Assembly (NCBI RefSeq): GCF_006345805.1
Contig: NC_043004.1
Location: 97,712,001-97,776,000, forward strand
Direction: 5' to 3'
Origin: Octopus sinensis
Taxonomy: Eukaryota
DNA length: 64,000 nucleotides
Positions 21,671 to 35,800 of this stretch are shown in pieces (position 1 is the first letter of the stretch; each line of letters starts with the position of its first letter). Below the pieces are notes generated by a model that was not told the origin of the DNA, did not search any database, and saw only the letters and a list, made by a program, of their open reading frames with translations. The translations under genes were made by a program, and so were the position numbers.

Positions 21671-23147
21671 CCATTGCTTATTTTAAAAATGACATTCCAG
21701 GACAGGTGTAGGAGACCAGATCTGGCCAGTTTTAACATGAAACTGTTAGAATATTTCGGCTGGATATGGCTGGTTTGAATACTAAAAGGTAAAGGTGAAT
21801 TAGGAAAGGCCCAATCATCTGCTTTTAAGTTAGTTCATTGTTATCTTTCCTTATATATCCAGTTAGATATTTTTATATATTTCAATTTATCTTCACACAT
21901 GCATCCAATTAAATAGTTCCTTTAGTTTTTGTTTTCTTTAGCATTCCTAAAATTTCCTTCGTAGATCAAAAACATGGAACTGAGAGTCACAAGATTTGAA
22001 AATTCAACGTTAATAAATTGAATATATTTGAACAGACTTTTTGCAATAGCAAGCATTGTCTTCTACTATCAAATCTATATTGAAGTGGTCATACACACAC
22101 AAATGCATAGACACACCTACATGCGTGTATGCTTATATATTTACTTATATATGCATCTGGAAATACAGATGTACATCTATGTGAAGCTATATCAATCTGT
22201 TATGAAATACAACCTCAAATGCTTACATCGAGTGCCACTTTCATTTGTTTACTTACCGTCCTATCTATTTACATGTATATTTTTAAACATAACCATCTCT
22301 AGGGATAGATAAAGATATATATAAATATATATATATACACACACACACACATGATAGATACACAGACACACATTCACATACATACATACATGCATGCATA
22401 CATATATATATATCTGTAAATGTAATATGAGACAATTATTCGGTAGCCATGATAAAACTCCGAGTTCCGGATGCCGAAGTGGAAATCCACACCACCATCT
22501 CTCTCTCTCTATATATATATTTATAAGTTGTACATGTGGCCCTGTGGTAAAGGAGTTTGCTATCCAATGATATAGCTTCAAGTTCAATCTGACTATATGG
22601 TACCTTGAGCCAACTACAGCCTTATGAATGGATGTGGCAAACCAAACAGAAAGAAGCTTATTATGTATGTATATATATATATACAAATTATGACTTATGA
22701 ACACTTAATGTGGTTTTAGAGTCAAGTTTTGGCTGCTATTTCCCACATGGTGGTATCTCTTAGATACCCTAAATTATAATTTTAATAATAATTATTAGCT
22801 TTGAAGATTTTTATTCCCATGCTGGCCACCTGATAAGATCGGTATTTAAATTATGATCTTATCTTTATTTATATAAATTTATATATATATATATATAAAC
22901 GACAGACTATGCTGATGATCTTGCAGATATTTGCGTGTCCATATATATAAATATTAAAAAGTGAAACCAAGGCTACAGAGGTAATAGTTTTTTTATTTCG
23001 TATATTTTCATTTGTCTTGCTTATTTTTACATTTTGGTATTTTGCTGAGATTTTTCTTGAGAACTCATTCTTCGTGGAAAATAGCGATTTTGACGTCTAT
23101 GTTTAGCATATAGGCTGTCCACTTTTAGTGGTCAGTCCTCTAAATTT

Positions 23148-23197
<50 letters not shown>

Positions 23198-23209
23198 TAT
23201 ATATATATA

Positions 23210-23790
23210 TGGGCACTCACTAAACAAATTGAAGGCATGGCCGCTCTCGATTATTGGGATCGCCTTAAAGCCTTGAAAGTTTACTCCCTCCAGCGTCGCC
23301 GTGAGCGGTACATCATTTGTATGATGTGGAGAATATACCGCCAACTTTGCCCAAAAGACGTTAACATTAGCTTCAAGGTTCATCCAAGACTGGGACCACG
23401 GGTCATACGACCCCTGCCCAATTCAAGATCACAACATACATGTACACTGCAATATAATTTCTTTTCCTCAACTGGCTCTGCCCTATTTAACATTGTCCCA
23501 AGGGAGATCAAAGAGGAAAAGGATCCCATCAACTTTAAACGGAGTCTGGATAGATTCCTTCAAAGAATACCAGATAAGCCACCCATAATTGGATACAACT
23601 CACCGAACAAGAACTCACTACTTGAACAAAACTTGATACAACTCACCCAACAAGAACTCACTACTTGAACAAAACTTGACTTAAACAAAACTTGCCTTAA
23701 ACAGGATTCGAATAATCCTATCAGGTGGTGTTATTAAGTTAGACATGGCCTGGACCAATCTTTGGTTGAAACATATCTAAGTTTATCTAA
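23210..23790 (+). mobile_element. CR1-group LINE 3' end (post-RT domain and 3' UTR)
   Basis: TKQIEGMAALDYWDRLKALKVYSLQRRRERYII...FNIVPREIK...FKRSLDRFLQRIPDKP...NSLL. The frame is open for ~150 codons after a (TA)n tract. Confidence 0.85.
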
Positions 23791-23849
23791 GTTTATATAT
23801 ATATATATATATATATTTACAATGTGGTATCCTGGACTACTTCTGTAGT

Positions 23850-24630
23850 GCACCAACAGATGGCAGCAGAGCTGTGTGTACAGTGAGAGCCAGCAGTGAC
23901 CTTCATGAGACAGTGTACCAAGTGACATTGCTGTGTTTACTTCACAAGTTGTGAAATTTATGTTTTTGTGGTCACGTGTATGCTGCAGTCTGCAATTTTG
24001 TCATGGACAGGAACAAAGATTCAGCATGAAATTTTGTGTTGAACTCGGGAAGTTTGCTACAGAGATTTTGAGCATGCTTCAGGAGGCTTATGGCAATGAG
24101 GCAATGGATCATATGTGATGATTCAAGTGGCACAGGCACTTCAAAAGCAGAAGAATATCCCTGGAAGACAATGAGCGATCTGGAAGGCCTGCCATGAGCG
24201 TTACCCAAGAAATGTGATATTGTGCTTTGAGAGTTCATGCCCCATGGCCAGACTGTCAATCAAGAGTTCTACTGTGATGTTTTGAAGCATTTGAAGGAGA
24301 CCATTTGGTGAAAACAACTGGATCTGTGAAGCACAAGTATATGGATTCTTCATAATGACAATGCACCCTGTCATCGAGCTCTCCTCACCCATGCATGAGT
24401 TTCTCACCAAAAACAGCATAGTATTGCTTCTGCACTCGCCTTATTTGCCAGATTTAGCACTTACAGTTTTCCATCTCTTCTCAAAGATGAAAACGCAGCT
24501 CAAAGGTTATCGTTTTAACACAGTCGTTTAAGTCCAGAACAAATCACAGAAAGTCCTCAACTTTCATGCAGAAAATGAATTACAGGCCTGATTCCAAAAG
24601 AAGCAGCAATACATACTGGAACTAGTGCAT
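23850..24630 (+). mobile_element. Internally deleted mariner element
   Basis: EQRFSMKFCVELGK...AYGNEA...FKWHRHFK...LEDNERSGRP is joined directly to EFMPHGQTVNQEFYC...LHNDNAPCH...HSPYLPDLA...LFSKMKTQLKGYRF. The region with the first catalytic Asp is absent. Confidence 0.85.
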
Positions 24631-24914
24631 AATCTCAAAACCAGGCCTGTTCTATGTAGCCTCACTGTTTCAAAGTCATACCTGTAGCGGAAGTTGCTCA
24701 CTAGACTCCATCCTATGCAAGCTATCAACACACTCATTGGTTATGCTGTTTTATTTCTCTCTCCTTTGATAGCTTATATACTTGATCTTCTCATGATACT
24801 TGTTCACATCTCATTGAACTGGTCCACTATGACTGATCAGGTAAGGTCAGATATGGTCAAACAAGTCAGATATGCTATGGCTGAGAAGATGTATAATGAA
24901 AGGTGCTCCAATGG

Positions 24915-25830
24915 CCATCGTCATCATCGTCATCATCATTCAGCATCTGTTTTCCATGCTGGCATATGTAAAATGGTTTGACTGGGGTTGGTAAGCCAGA
25001 GAATTGCACAGGGCTACAATTGACTGTTTTGGCATGGTTTCTATGACTGGATGCCCTTTCTAATGCCAACGATTCCACAGTGTGTACTGGGTTTCTTTTA
25101 TGGCACAGTGGCATAAGTGCATCATTGGCACAAGTGCTTCTTATGTGTCACCCACATGCGTGCCCCTTACGTGTAATTGGCATGGGTGTCTTTTACATGT
25201 CATCAGCATGTCACCATTTAGCTTGATCAGTTATTTTATCTAAGACGGTAGTGAGTGATTTAAAGAATATATGGTTGCTGTTTCTAGTATGTCAAGAAAT
25301 TTGAATCATTAAAGTGTTGGGAAATATCCCTGCAGCTTTTAGTTACAGCACTTGATGTTCTGAGTTCAGATCTCACCAGTGTCAATGTTTATCCTTCTGG
25401 AAGAAATAAAGTAAGGTTACTGACAAATACAAAGATGAGTTAAGTGGCTGTGTGACTAAGAAGTTCATTTTGCAGCCACATGATATCAGGTTCAAACCCA
25501 TTGCCCAGCAGTTTAAGTGTCATCTAGTTTAGCTCTGGGCCAATCAATGCTTTGTGAGTAAATTTAGTTGAAGGAAACTGTGAGGAAGCCTGTTGCATTT
25601 GTGTGTATGTGTGTATACATGTCTGTGTTTGTTTTCACCACATTGCTTGACAAACAATGTTGGTTTGTTTATGTCCACAATTCTTAACAGCTGGGGAAAA
25701 TGACAGAATATATACCAGACTAAAAGAAATAAATCCCAGGATCAAGGGACCAATTTGTTCAACTAAACCATTCGATGCAGTGTCCTTGCATGGCCACAGT
25801 CCAATGTCTGAAACAGTTAAAGAATAAAAG
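24915..25830. mobile_element. Diverged family C (24915-25210), family A (25310-25440) and family B (25445-25830) copies
   Basis: Partial matches to each family's diagnostic motifs. Confidence 0.6.
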
Positions 25831-26389
25831 TGTCAATGATAATTATATTCCCATAAAGTTCCCTTGATGGAAATACAGTTAAAACAGAAAATAAGATCAC
25901 ATAAGGCAGATGGTAGACCCAAGTATATCACAGGGATGTGAAACCATAACCCATTCAACAAACCATACAAATGACACAATATCCACTTGGCTTGCTACAA
26001 TTCTGCCGTGTGCCTCATTGGACACATATGAAAAAATTAAAAAAGCAAAATCTAACAGAATGTTTGAGAACAAAGATACAAGACATACTTTTTACAATGT
26101 GTTTACTTATAATATCATATTCACAACTGATTTGATTTCCATATATTTTATTACACTTCAAATTTCAATTTAGTTTCAGAATTATATCTTAAAAACAAAC
26201 GTTTGAAGTGAATTATTTATATGTATGAGATTATTTGCATCTGTATGCGTGAGTGTTTGGCGCGCATGCGTATGTATGTCTGTGTTTGTGAATGTGTCTA
26301 ATGTGTGTGAATGTTTATGCGTGCACGTTCGTATCTGTATGCAAGTGAGTATACATCTGTTTCAGTGAGTTTACAGGCACACAAAAATA

Positions 26390-26462
26390 TATTCATGCGT
26401 ATACATACCTACATACATAAATGCATACATACATACATACATATATATATATATATATTATA

Positions 26463-26493
<31 letters not shown>

Positions 26494-26510
26494 GTATATA
26501 TATACATATA

Positions 26511-26550
<40 letters not shown>

Positions 26551-27330
26551 TATACAAATATATATATATGTATGTATATAAAAACAAATACACATACACA
26601 TTGTATCTGCAATATTTGTGTTTGTTATATATACACATATATACATGTATGATGGTTGTTCTTATTCACAGGATAATGTGTGTATAGATGTATAAATACA
26701 AATATGTCAGTATGTGGTCATATATATTTATGGGATTGTTCATACATACATACATACATACATATATATATATTCATATTTATAAATATATATATGTATG
26801 TATATATATACATATATATATATGTATATATATATACATACATACATATATATACATACATTTATATACATGCATGACAGTACTTTGATTATAAAAAAAT
26901 TGTGTAGGTAAATGTTTGTCTGTACACACATACATACATACATACATACTTACGCACATATATGTAAGTATGTAAGTGCACACGTATGTATATAGCAATA
27001 TTTTAAGGTAAATATATGCATGAATACCCACCTGTTTGTACACATACAAAAGAAAAAACAATACGTATATATTTCATAAAAATAAATACATTTTAATGTT
27101 TATATGAATATTTAGCTATGCACTCATATATACATGTACATCTATCTATCTATCTATCTATCTATCTTGCTATCTGTCTGTCTGTCTATCTATCTATATG
27201 TATATTTATACTTATATATATATATATATACATAAATGTATACTTATAAATATGTATATATATATATATATATATAAATGTATACTTATATATTTATATG
27301 CCTATATGTATATATTTATAAACACACACA
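26390..27330. repeat. Compound (TA)n/(TACA)n/(TCTA)n low-complexity block
   Basis: Direct reading. Confidence 0.9.
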
Positions 27331-27573
27331 TATTATGTATTGTTTACTTTTTGTAGCTATATACACGTGTCTATGTATGTAGATCTGTAGATTGGTGTAG
27401 ATGTTCATGTTAAAGTATGAAAGTTTATTACAAACACTACCTCCTATTTACTTTCGAGTCTGGTATTATCATCACTTATCTAAGCAATTCAACAAGCACT
27501 AGAACATAATGGCATCAGTGGGACACAGCAAAGCAGATGTGTTTGCATGCGTATGTACTTATTTGGTTGTGTG

Positions 27574-27605
<32 letters not shown>

Positions 27606-28187
27606 TGGGCTACTATTCCACATGAACTGGTCTTCTGTAAGTTTAAATGTGATTCTGGTTGATCAATATCTGTTTGTATTTATTTGTTTATATTAAATTA
27701 TTATTATTATTGTTGTTATTTTTGTTGTTGTTGCTGTTGTTGTGTGTTTTTGTTAACAAAGTCGTTCGAGTGACAAAAATGGTAAAGCATTGAAGTGAAA
27801 CAACTTAACAAATATTCAGTTTTGTAGCTTGCTCTTCATGCTGGTTTCATTTCCAGCCGGATTCAACATATGCCTTCCATGTTCCCTTGTAATGATGGAT
27901 ATAATAAGACCCCTTTTTGTACTGAAGATAATTTCAAATGATTTAATATGAAAGGATAAAGCTCCTTTGGGTGTATATCAGGTTTGCAAGATTCTTTATG
28001 TGAATTCGTGTGTTGAAACAAATTTTGTTGTATTCAAGGAGAATCTTTATGTTGATATTATTAAGACATGCACTTATTCAATTCCACTTCTTGCAACCTT
28101 TTCAATGACTAAATCAATGACTAAGGCTGCAAGTAACAACAAAACAGTTTTGACAAGCAAAAACAAAACAGACAACTTACTGTTTAA

Positions 28188-28602
28188 CTGTGTGGTAAGT
28201 AGCTTGCTTACCAACCACATAGTTCCGGGTTCAGTCCCACTGCGTGATACCTTGGGCAAAGTGTCTTCTACTATAGCCTCAGGCTGACCAATGCCTTGGG
28301 AGTGGATTTGGTAGACGGAAACTGAAAGAAGCCTGTCGTATATATGTATATATATATATATGTATGTATGTGTGTGTTTGTGTGTCTGTGTTTGTCTCCC
28401 TAGCATTGCTTGACAACCGATGCTGGTGTGTTTGCGTCCCATCACTTAGCAGTTTGGCAAAAAGAGACCGATAGAATAAGTACTGGGTTTACAAAGAATA
28501 AGTCCCGGGGGTCGATTTGCTCGACTAAAGGCGGTGCTCCAGCATGGCTACAGTCAAATGACTGAAACATGTAAAAGAGTAAAAAAGAAATAAAAGAGTA
28601 AA
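28188..28602 (+). mobile_element. SINE family B
   Basis: Near-complete family B sequence. Confidence 0.85.
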
Positions 28603-28962
28603 TTATTTAGTTAGATATTTAACCAATGGACAAATAATAAAAGAGTGGAATTGAACTAGTGTGTGGGTTAATAATATTGGCATAATGACTTTCTCTAGAC
28701 ATGATAAAGCTTCTTTCAATGTCATATAGATTGATAGAGCCAGTCTCCCAGTTTTTGTGTCATATATATTTTCCTTCTTGGATGAAACATGGGTCCATTG
28801 CTGAACTATTCAGAATACTCATATTTGCCAGTTTACTGGACTAGAGCAATGCAAAATGAAGTGTGTTGGTCTAGTCAAGAAACTGAAACCATAATCTGAT
28901 GACCATGAGTCCAACATTCTAATGACTAAGTCATGCACCTCTACAACTGATTTAATAATAAC

Positions 28963-29375
28963 TGCGGTGAGCTGGCAGAAACGTTAGCATGCAGGGTGAA
29001 ATGCTTAGTGGTATTTCATCTGAGTTCAAATTCCGTTGAGGTCAACTTTGCTTTTCATCCTTTCGGGGTCAATAAATTAAGTACCAGTTGCATACTAAGG
29101 TCCATCTAATTGACTGGCCCCCTCCCCACAAAGAACTTCGGGTCTTGTCCCTAGAGTAGAAAATAACACATAACTGAATGAATGAAGGTAGTGAGCTAGC
29201 AGAATCATTATCATGCCAGGCAAAATGCTTAGTGGCATTTCATCTGTCTTCATGTTCTGAGTTCAAATTTCTTTGAGGCCAAGTTTGCCTTATACCCTTT
29301 TGGAGTTGATAACATAAGAACCAGTTGAACACTCCCTCAAAATTGCTGGCCTTGTACCAACATATGAAATGAATA
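28963..29375 (+). mobile_element. Two tandem SINE family A copies (short tail)
   Basis: GGTGAGCTGGCAGAAACGTTAGC starts at ~28966 and GTGAGCTAGCAGAATC at ~29190. Confidence 0.8.
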
Positions 29376-30195
29376 TATAACTGAATGGCCGATTAATAGA
29401 GATATCTGTCCAAAGTAAGTTCTAAATGCCTCATGTTTTTCTTTACTTTTGTGCAACATCAGGACAAACTTGGACTGAATGAGCCTTTGACTAAAGGGAT
29501 TCCAGCCATGAGGGTCCTGTGTTCTTAGTAGTGTTTAGAACCACTATATTTTCTGACATACAAGTAAAACTTTTCTGACCAAAATTTACAACCAAAATAT
29601 ATAGGTCAACTTATACAGCAAGTGGAGTTTGAAAATCCAAAAATTCTGTCTGAAATGAAGTAAGACTGGGGAAGATAAACACGTTTGGATGTTTACATGA
29701 CATTTTTATACAAGGTATTTAAACTATATACTACAGTGACTTGTGTGCTGGAAATTATGGTACATTTAAGTCAGGCTGCTCACAAATTCCACTGGTAACA
29801 TGTAGTCCTGTACAACCTGTTGCATACTACTAGGATTCTTCCCCAGGCTTGCCTGGTGAAGGAGTGTCTTTTGAAGTCAAACAACATAAAACCAGTTGCT
29901 GTCAAAAGGACAGATGGATCCCATTTATGGGCAATGATTATGTAACAATCTTTCATGTTTCATCTTTTACTTGTTTGAATCTTTAGACTGTGGCCATGCT
30001 GGAGCAGCACCTTCAAGAATTTGAGTTGTATGCGTCGATCCCAATACTGCTTTTCTTTCTTGAAGCCTGGCATGTATTCTATCTATCTCTTGTGCTGAAC
30101 CACTAAGTTATGAGGACATAAACACACCAACCAGTTGTCAAGCAGTAGATCAGGGGTTGACAAACACAAACATAAAGACACACACACACACACAC

Positions 30196-30253
<58 letters not shown>

Positions 30254-30464
30254 TATATATATGTATATGTATGTTTGTGTGTCTGTGTTTGTCCCCCTAC
30301 CATTACTTGACAACTGATGTTGGTATGTTTACAACCCTATAATGTAGCAATCAAGAATAAAAGTTGATTTAACTAAAAATCCCCACAACAAAAAAATAGT
30401 CATATGTCTATGAATGTAGATATATATACACATATATAAACATATGTATGCATATATACATATG

Positions 30465-31098
30465 TGTAGACCTCCGAGATATGCTGTGACTGTGAAGACC
30501 CAACAAATGAAGTGAGTTCATGGCTTGCAGGACAGCCTGCTGTGCTAACCTTGGATCGTAGGGTGACCCGCTGTTCTTGAGGAGACCTATTGAGTCTCAA
30601 GTATGTCAACAACAACATCAAAATAAAAATCAAATGGGAATTGTAGTTATGATACCCATGCCGGTGGCACGTAAAAAGCACCCACTACACTCATGGAGTG
30701 GTTGGAGTTAGGAAGCACATCCAGCTGTAGAAACACTGCCAGATCAGACTGGAGCCTGGCACAGCCTCCTGGCTTCCCAGACCCCGGTCGAAATGTCCAA
30801 CCCATGCTAGCATCGAAAACGGACCTTTAACGATGATGATGATGATGATATATATGATATATATATGTATTTCTTTACTACCCACAAGAGGCTAAGCACA
30901 GAGGGGACAAACAAGGACAGACAAAGGGATTAAGTCATTTACATCGACCCCAGTGCGTAACTGGTACTTAATTTATCGACCCCGAAAGGATGAAAGGCAA
31001 AGTCGACCTCGGTGGAATTTGAACTCAGAACGTAGCAGCAGACGAAATACCGCAAAGCATTTCGCCCAGCGTGCTAACGTTTCTGCCAGCTCGCCGCC
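30465..31098. mobile_element. Family C copy (30465-30850, plus) and long-tail SINE A (30870-31098, minus)
   Basis: Family C ends ...GGACCTTTAACGATGATGAT; the SINE A copy is the reverse complement of 2735-2955. Confidence 0.8.
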
Positions 31099-31439
31099 TG
31101 ATATATATATGTATTTATATGTATGTATGTATGTGTTATTTTTCATGTGTGTGTATATGCACACGCTCACACACACGCACACACACATACAAGCATACAC
31201 ACACACACACACCATCTATTTCAGTGTTAATGGAGAATTGTTGTTATTAGTTTTTGTGTCAATGCCTGAAAAAGTAAAATAACATTTCAACCATTTGTGT
31301 CTTTAGAATTGACACTAGTGTCCACTTTTATTTCTTTTCACCTCTGTCAATCTGTGAGGAAGAAGAGAGAAAAAAAATTAGAACCTTGGACTCATTACTC
31401 TGTACAATAAATATAAAACGGAAACTTTTCTTTATCTTC

Positions 31440-31880
31440 TCATATGGTGAATGGGCCTGCATTTGTTCCTCAAAATAATCTCCCGGATGCTTTGCTTCAG
31501 CTAAAGGAAAATTTGTGAAATGAGATGCAACCAGTTTTAAAAAATTTAGAGGATGTTGATGTTCTTGGACAAAAGTATTGTTAATGTTATGGTAGACAGT
31601 TTTTCAATCCCCTCCAGGAGAAGCTTATAAATAATCATATTGCTACCTGGCATAGAAAATCTGGTTCCATTGTTAGACCACATTCAAATGTTTATTCTGT
31701 GTTAGATGCTATATGTAACGAATAATATCTTGGTGATGCTCGGATAGCTTTTCTGTAAAGTGATACTCCAATTATGTCCAAAGTGTTAAAAAGTATTATT
31801 TTCTCGAAAAGAATTCACATAGCTGCAGTAGATTATGAAAATAGATTATTATTATCTTTGAGGTATTGCATATAATCTTG
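31440..31880 (+). mobile_element. Decayed Mutator-like (MULE) transposase C-terminal region
   Basis: PAFVPQNNLPDALLQLK...PVLKNLEDVDVLG...INNHIATWHRK...RPHSNVYSVLDAICNE*...VDYENR resembles the MULE pattern LAFVP...TNNxxExWH...HPNxWxFIxxLxxEQ. Several stops; assigned from memory of the motif. Confidence 0.6.
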
Positions 31881-32515
31881 GATATAAATGAGATTTCCTT
31901 CCTTGCAAACGTTTCTTTTCTCATAATTACGTTTATTTTCTGATGGAAAAATTAAAATAAATAGCCTGAAAATAAATGGAAGAATATATTTAATTTTAAA
32001 ATTATTTATTCTAGTTTTAAAATTAGAATAAGTTGTTCAGAAAAATTAGTCAATATTATGTTTCGATGTATTTCAATTATTCAATCAATATGGATTTTGA
32101 GAGATTTGATGTTGACTAAAATGTTTTGCTGTTTTTTTCCTCAGTCAGTCTTTCAGTGAAAATGCTTTTGACCAATATGCTTTCTTTATATACTACACAC
32201 CTTATATGTGATACTGAGTGTGTTTGTGTAAGTGCATGTATGTGTGTGTGTGTGTGTGTTTGTAACTTGACTTCCCAACTGACTGTCTTGATTAATTTGC
32301 CTTTGAAACCTTCAGTATACTGGACCTTCAGTTTACCTGGATGCCCCCTAACCAAATACATCCTAGACGTTACACAAATGGATTCACTGTTAAAAATTTA
32401 TAATACAGAAGATGACCTGTATTTATTACACCAAACCACTTATTAACATATTTCGTTTTGGGATTTGGTTTGCAAGATTCTTTATATGAGTTCGTGTGTT
32501 GAAGCATATTCTGTT

Positions 32516-32754
32516 GTGTCTGGGGAGAGTCATTCTCTTTTAGTGCCTTATTATTTAACACACTCACCGGTAAAATTTCCACTTATTTCTTATTTTTATT
32601 TTCTAAAATTTTCTAAAAGTGGTTGCATCCCATTTCACAAATTTTGTAGACGCAACGAAAATTTTAGAAAATAAAAATAAGAAATAAGTGGAAATTTTAC
32701 CGGTGAGTATGTTAAAGAATAAGGCACTAAAAGAGAATGACTCTCCCCAGACAC
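32516..32754. repeat. Near-perfect fold-back: 98-bp arms (32516-32613 / 32657-32754), 43-nt spacer
   Basis: GTGTCTGGGGAGAGTCATTCTC...CTAAAATTTTC and its reverse complement; 2 mismatches seen by eye. Confidence 0.95.
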
Positions 32755-33852
32755 TTATTAACAATAAAACATATTACAAAGTGCTTAAACAAAAATGCTC
32801 CAGTTGAATTTGAAATCACATACTGGCAAATCATAGGACACATTGAATATATATACTCATATGTGTGTCTTATCTATATGTTATACAAATTTCATTACAA
32901 ACAGGTAAGTTTAAAACTTAATGTCTGCTATAAATCGATGTATTTATTATCATTGAATACTTATCAGTATAATGTCATTACATATTATAAGAGAGCAGCA
33001 GCCTGAAAAGTTGATGGCAAGCTGAGCAATAGAGAAGAAGAAATGTGATTCATACTCAACAAAACATGAAGGAGTTGAGTCAATGCTCAACGCTTTTTGA
33101 TCAGGATGAGAATCATATTTGTCTAACTCAGTTGGTTATTGGGCTAAAAACTGAAGTCATCAGTTGTTTCACTTCAATAGAACTGCACAGCCAAGATGCT
33201 TTCTTGTTGATAATACAATCATTCTGAGTTAGAATTGCTTAGATTTGCAATCAGTGCTGTGAAATTGGTGATTCTCTTGTCCAGATAAAGGTATTCACTG
33301 TGTAATGAAATACCACATAATTCTAACTAGCTGATGGTGCATTTACATCAAGGTGATGTGGAAGTTCTATTAATAACAAAATATAAACTCATATTAACAA
33401 ATAATACAATATACATACATAAACTATAAACAATTATTGAATGCAATATATATAGAGTGAAAATGACTGTAAAAATCATGTTTCTGGGCAATATGTCATC
33501 ATACATATACAAGCATGCACAAATTTCCACTTGTTTGTGCTCTCACATATATACACCTACACACATACATTCATACATATATATGCATATATATACATAC
33601 ATACACGTACATACATACATACATACATACATACATACATACATGTGCACACATACGTACAGGCATACATATCTGCCTTACTAGCCACTCCAGTTTCTCT
33701 CACCCCTTGCTACAGTCGTATCTTCCCCATTTCTAAACATAGCCCCAGGGAGATGTTCCTATGGATCATCTCCTTCTATTCCCTCTGTTCTACATAAACT
33801 TCACATCACTGTTCCTTGTGGGCAAGCCCCAGTACATGTCCAACACCAACTA

Positions 33853-33888
<36 letters not shown>

Positions 33889-34203
33889 GCTCTCTCTCAT
33901 TCTGACTCTGTCTCCATCTTTCTCATTAACTCTCTCCCACCTTCCATCTCCTTTCTTGTCCTACTGGAGAAGCCAAGTATCTTCTCTATAGTAAGACAAC
34001 TATCTCTGTCCTTCTATTATACTCTAACCTCTGACCTAGCACACAGCCACTTCCCTTGGTTCCACTCCCTCACTTAACTAAGGGGTCTTTGTCTTGTTAG
34101 CTACTTGGTGACCCTGCTGGTGTTAATGCCATGTAAGAAGCATCTGTGTTGATGACATATAAGGAGCACCATTTACTGTCAGGTGACTTTTGGCCTGTAT
34201 ATA

Positions 34204-34272
<69 letters not shown>

Positions 34273-34791
34273 AGCGAAACATACATACATACATACATAC
34301 ATACATACATACATACATACATACATACATACATACATACATACGTTGTGAGATTACAAAGGTGAAGACCAGAATGGAGTCCAGTTGTTTAACCTGTTTC
34401 TAAGTAGACTTGATTTACAGAAAAACAAGAGGAAGCATGGTCAGAGCTGAGGGCTTGATTTTACATCTTCTGGATCATCGCAGTCCAGTGACAGTGACAA
34501 AACAAATATAGACACCATATTCTAACAAAACAAACAAAAGAAAACACTACAGCAAAAAAACAAAGAGCTCAATTCCTTACAGAGCTGAGTGCATTCGTCC
34601 GAACCTAAACGGGTTTTCCATTTCATTATTAATTTCATTAATGTAACACAGAGCAAAAGGCAATGTGGGTCCCAGCTCAACAGGGACTTAGAAAACAAAT
34701 GCACATGACTAAACCTATAAATATTTTAGATGTCATCATGAACAGTTAAAAAATTGGATAAAAGCTCATCCTTCTATTATTTATTTGCAAC

Positions 34792-34792
<1 letters not shown>

Positions 34793-34876
<84 letters not shown>

Positions 34877-34885
34877 GAGGTGGGG

Positions 34886-34928
<43 letters not shown>

Positions 34929-35316
34929 GTGAAGGTGCATGGCTCAGTGGTTAGAGCGTCAAGCTTATGATCGTGAGGTTATGAGTTTGAATCCTGGACT
35001 GGGCTGCATGTTGTGTTCTTGAGCAAGACACTTTATTTCACTTTGTTCCAGTTCACTAAGCTGTAGAAATGCCAAGCTGTATTGGGCTTTGCATTTCCCT
35101 TGGGAAACATCGGTAGTGTGGAGAGGGGAGGCCTGTATGCATGGGCAACTGCTGGTTTCCATAAACAACCTTGCCAGGACTTGTGCCTGGGAGGGTAAAT
35201 TTCTGAGAATAATCCCATGGTCAGTCGTGACTGAAGGGGGTCTCAGCAGTAGCAGCTCAGCATCTATCTATCCATCTATCTATCGTCTATCTATCTATCC
35301 ATCTATCTATCTATCT

Positions 35317-35354
<38 letters not shown>

Positions 35355-35383
35355 ATCTATCTATCTATCTATCTATCAATTTA

Positions 35384-35422
<39 letters not shown>

Positions 35423-35628
35423 TATATACCTACATACATAAATTCAGGTCTCTATATATGTGTGTGTACATGTGTGTGTATATATATATATATATTATAT
35501 ACACACACACACATATATGTATATATACACACCACATATACATTCCTAAAATCATATACACAGATATATATGCATAAACACACATACACAAACACAGACA
35601 CACGCAAATTCATATATATTATATATAT

Positions 35629-35702
<74 letters not shown>

Positions 35703-35800
35703 TGTATATTATATATATATATATATGTATTATGTTGTAGGTATGTATGTATGTATTATGTATGTATGTATGTATGTATGTATGTATGTATGTATGTTTT
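34793..35800. mobile_element. tRNA-headed SINE (34932-35248, plus) embedded in (TCTA)n, followed by a (TA)/(TATG)n block
   Basis: GGTGCATGGCTCAGTGGTTAGAGCG...GAGTTTGAATCC...TTGAGCAAGACACTTTA, with (TCTA)n on both sides. Confidence 0.75.

Noticed and set aside
22905-22930. YADDL reverse-transcriptase motif
   Set aside because: An isolated few codons with no flanking RT similarity.
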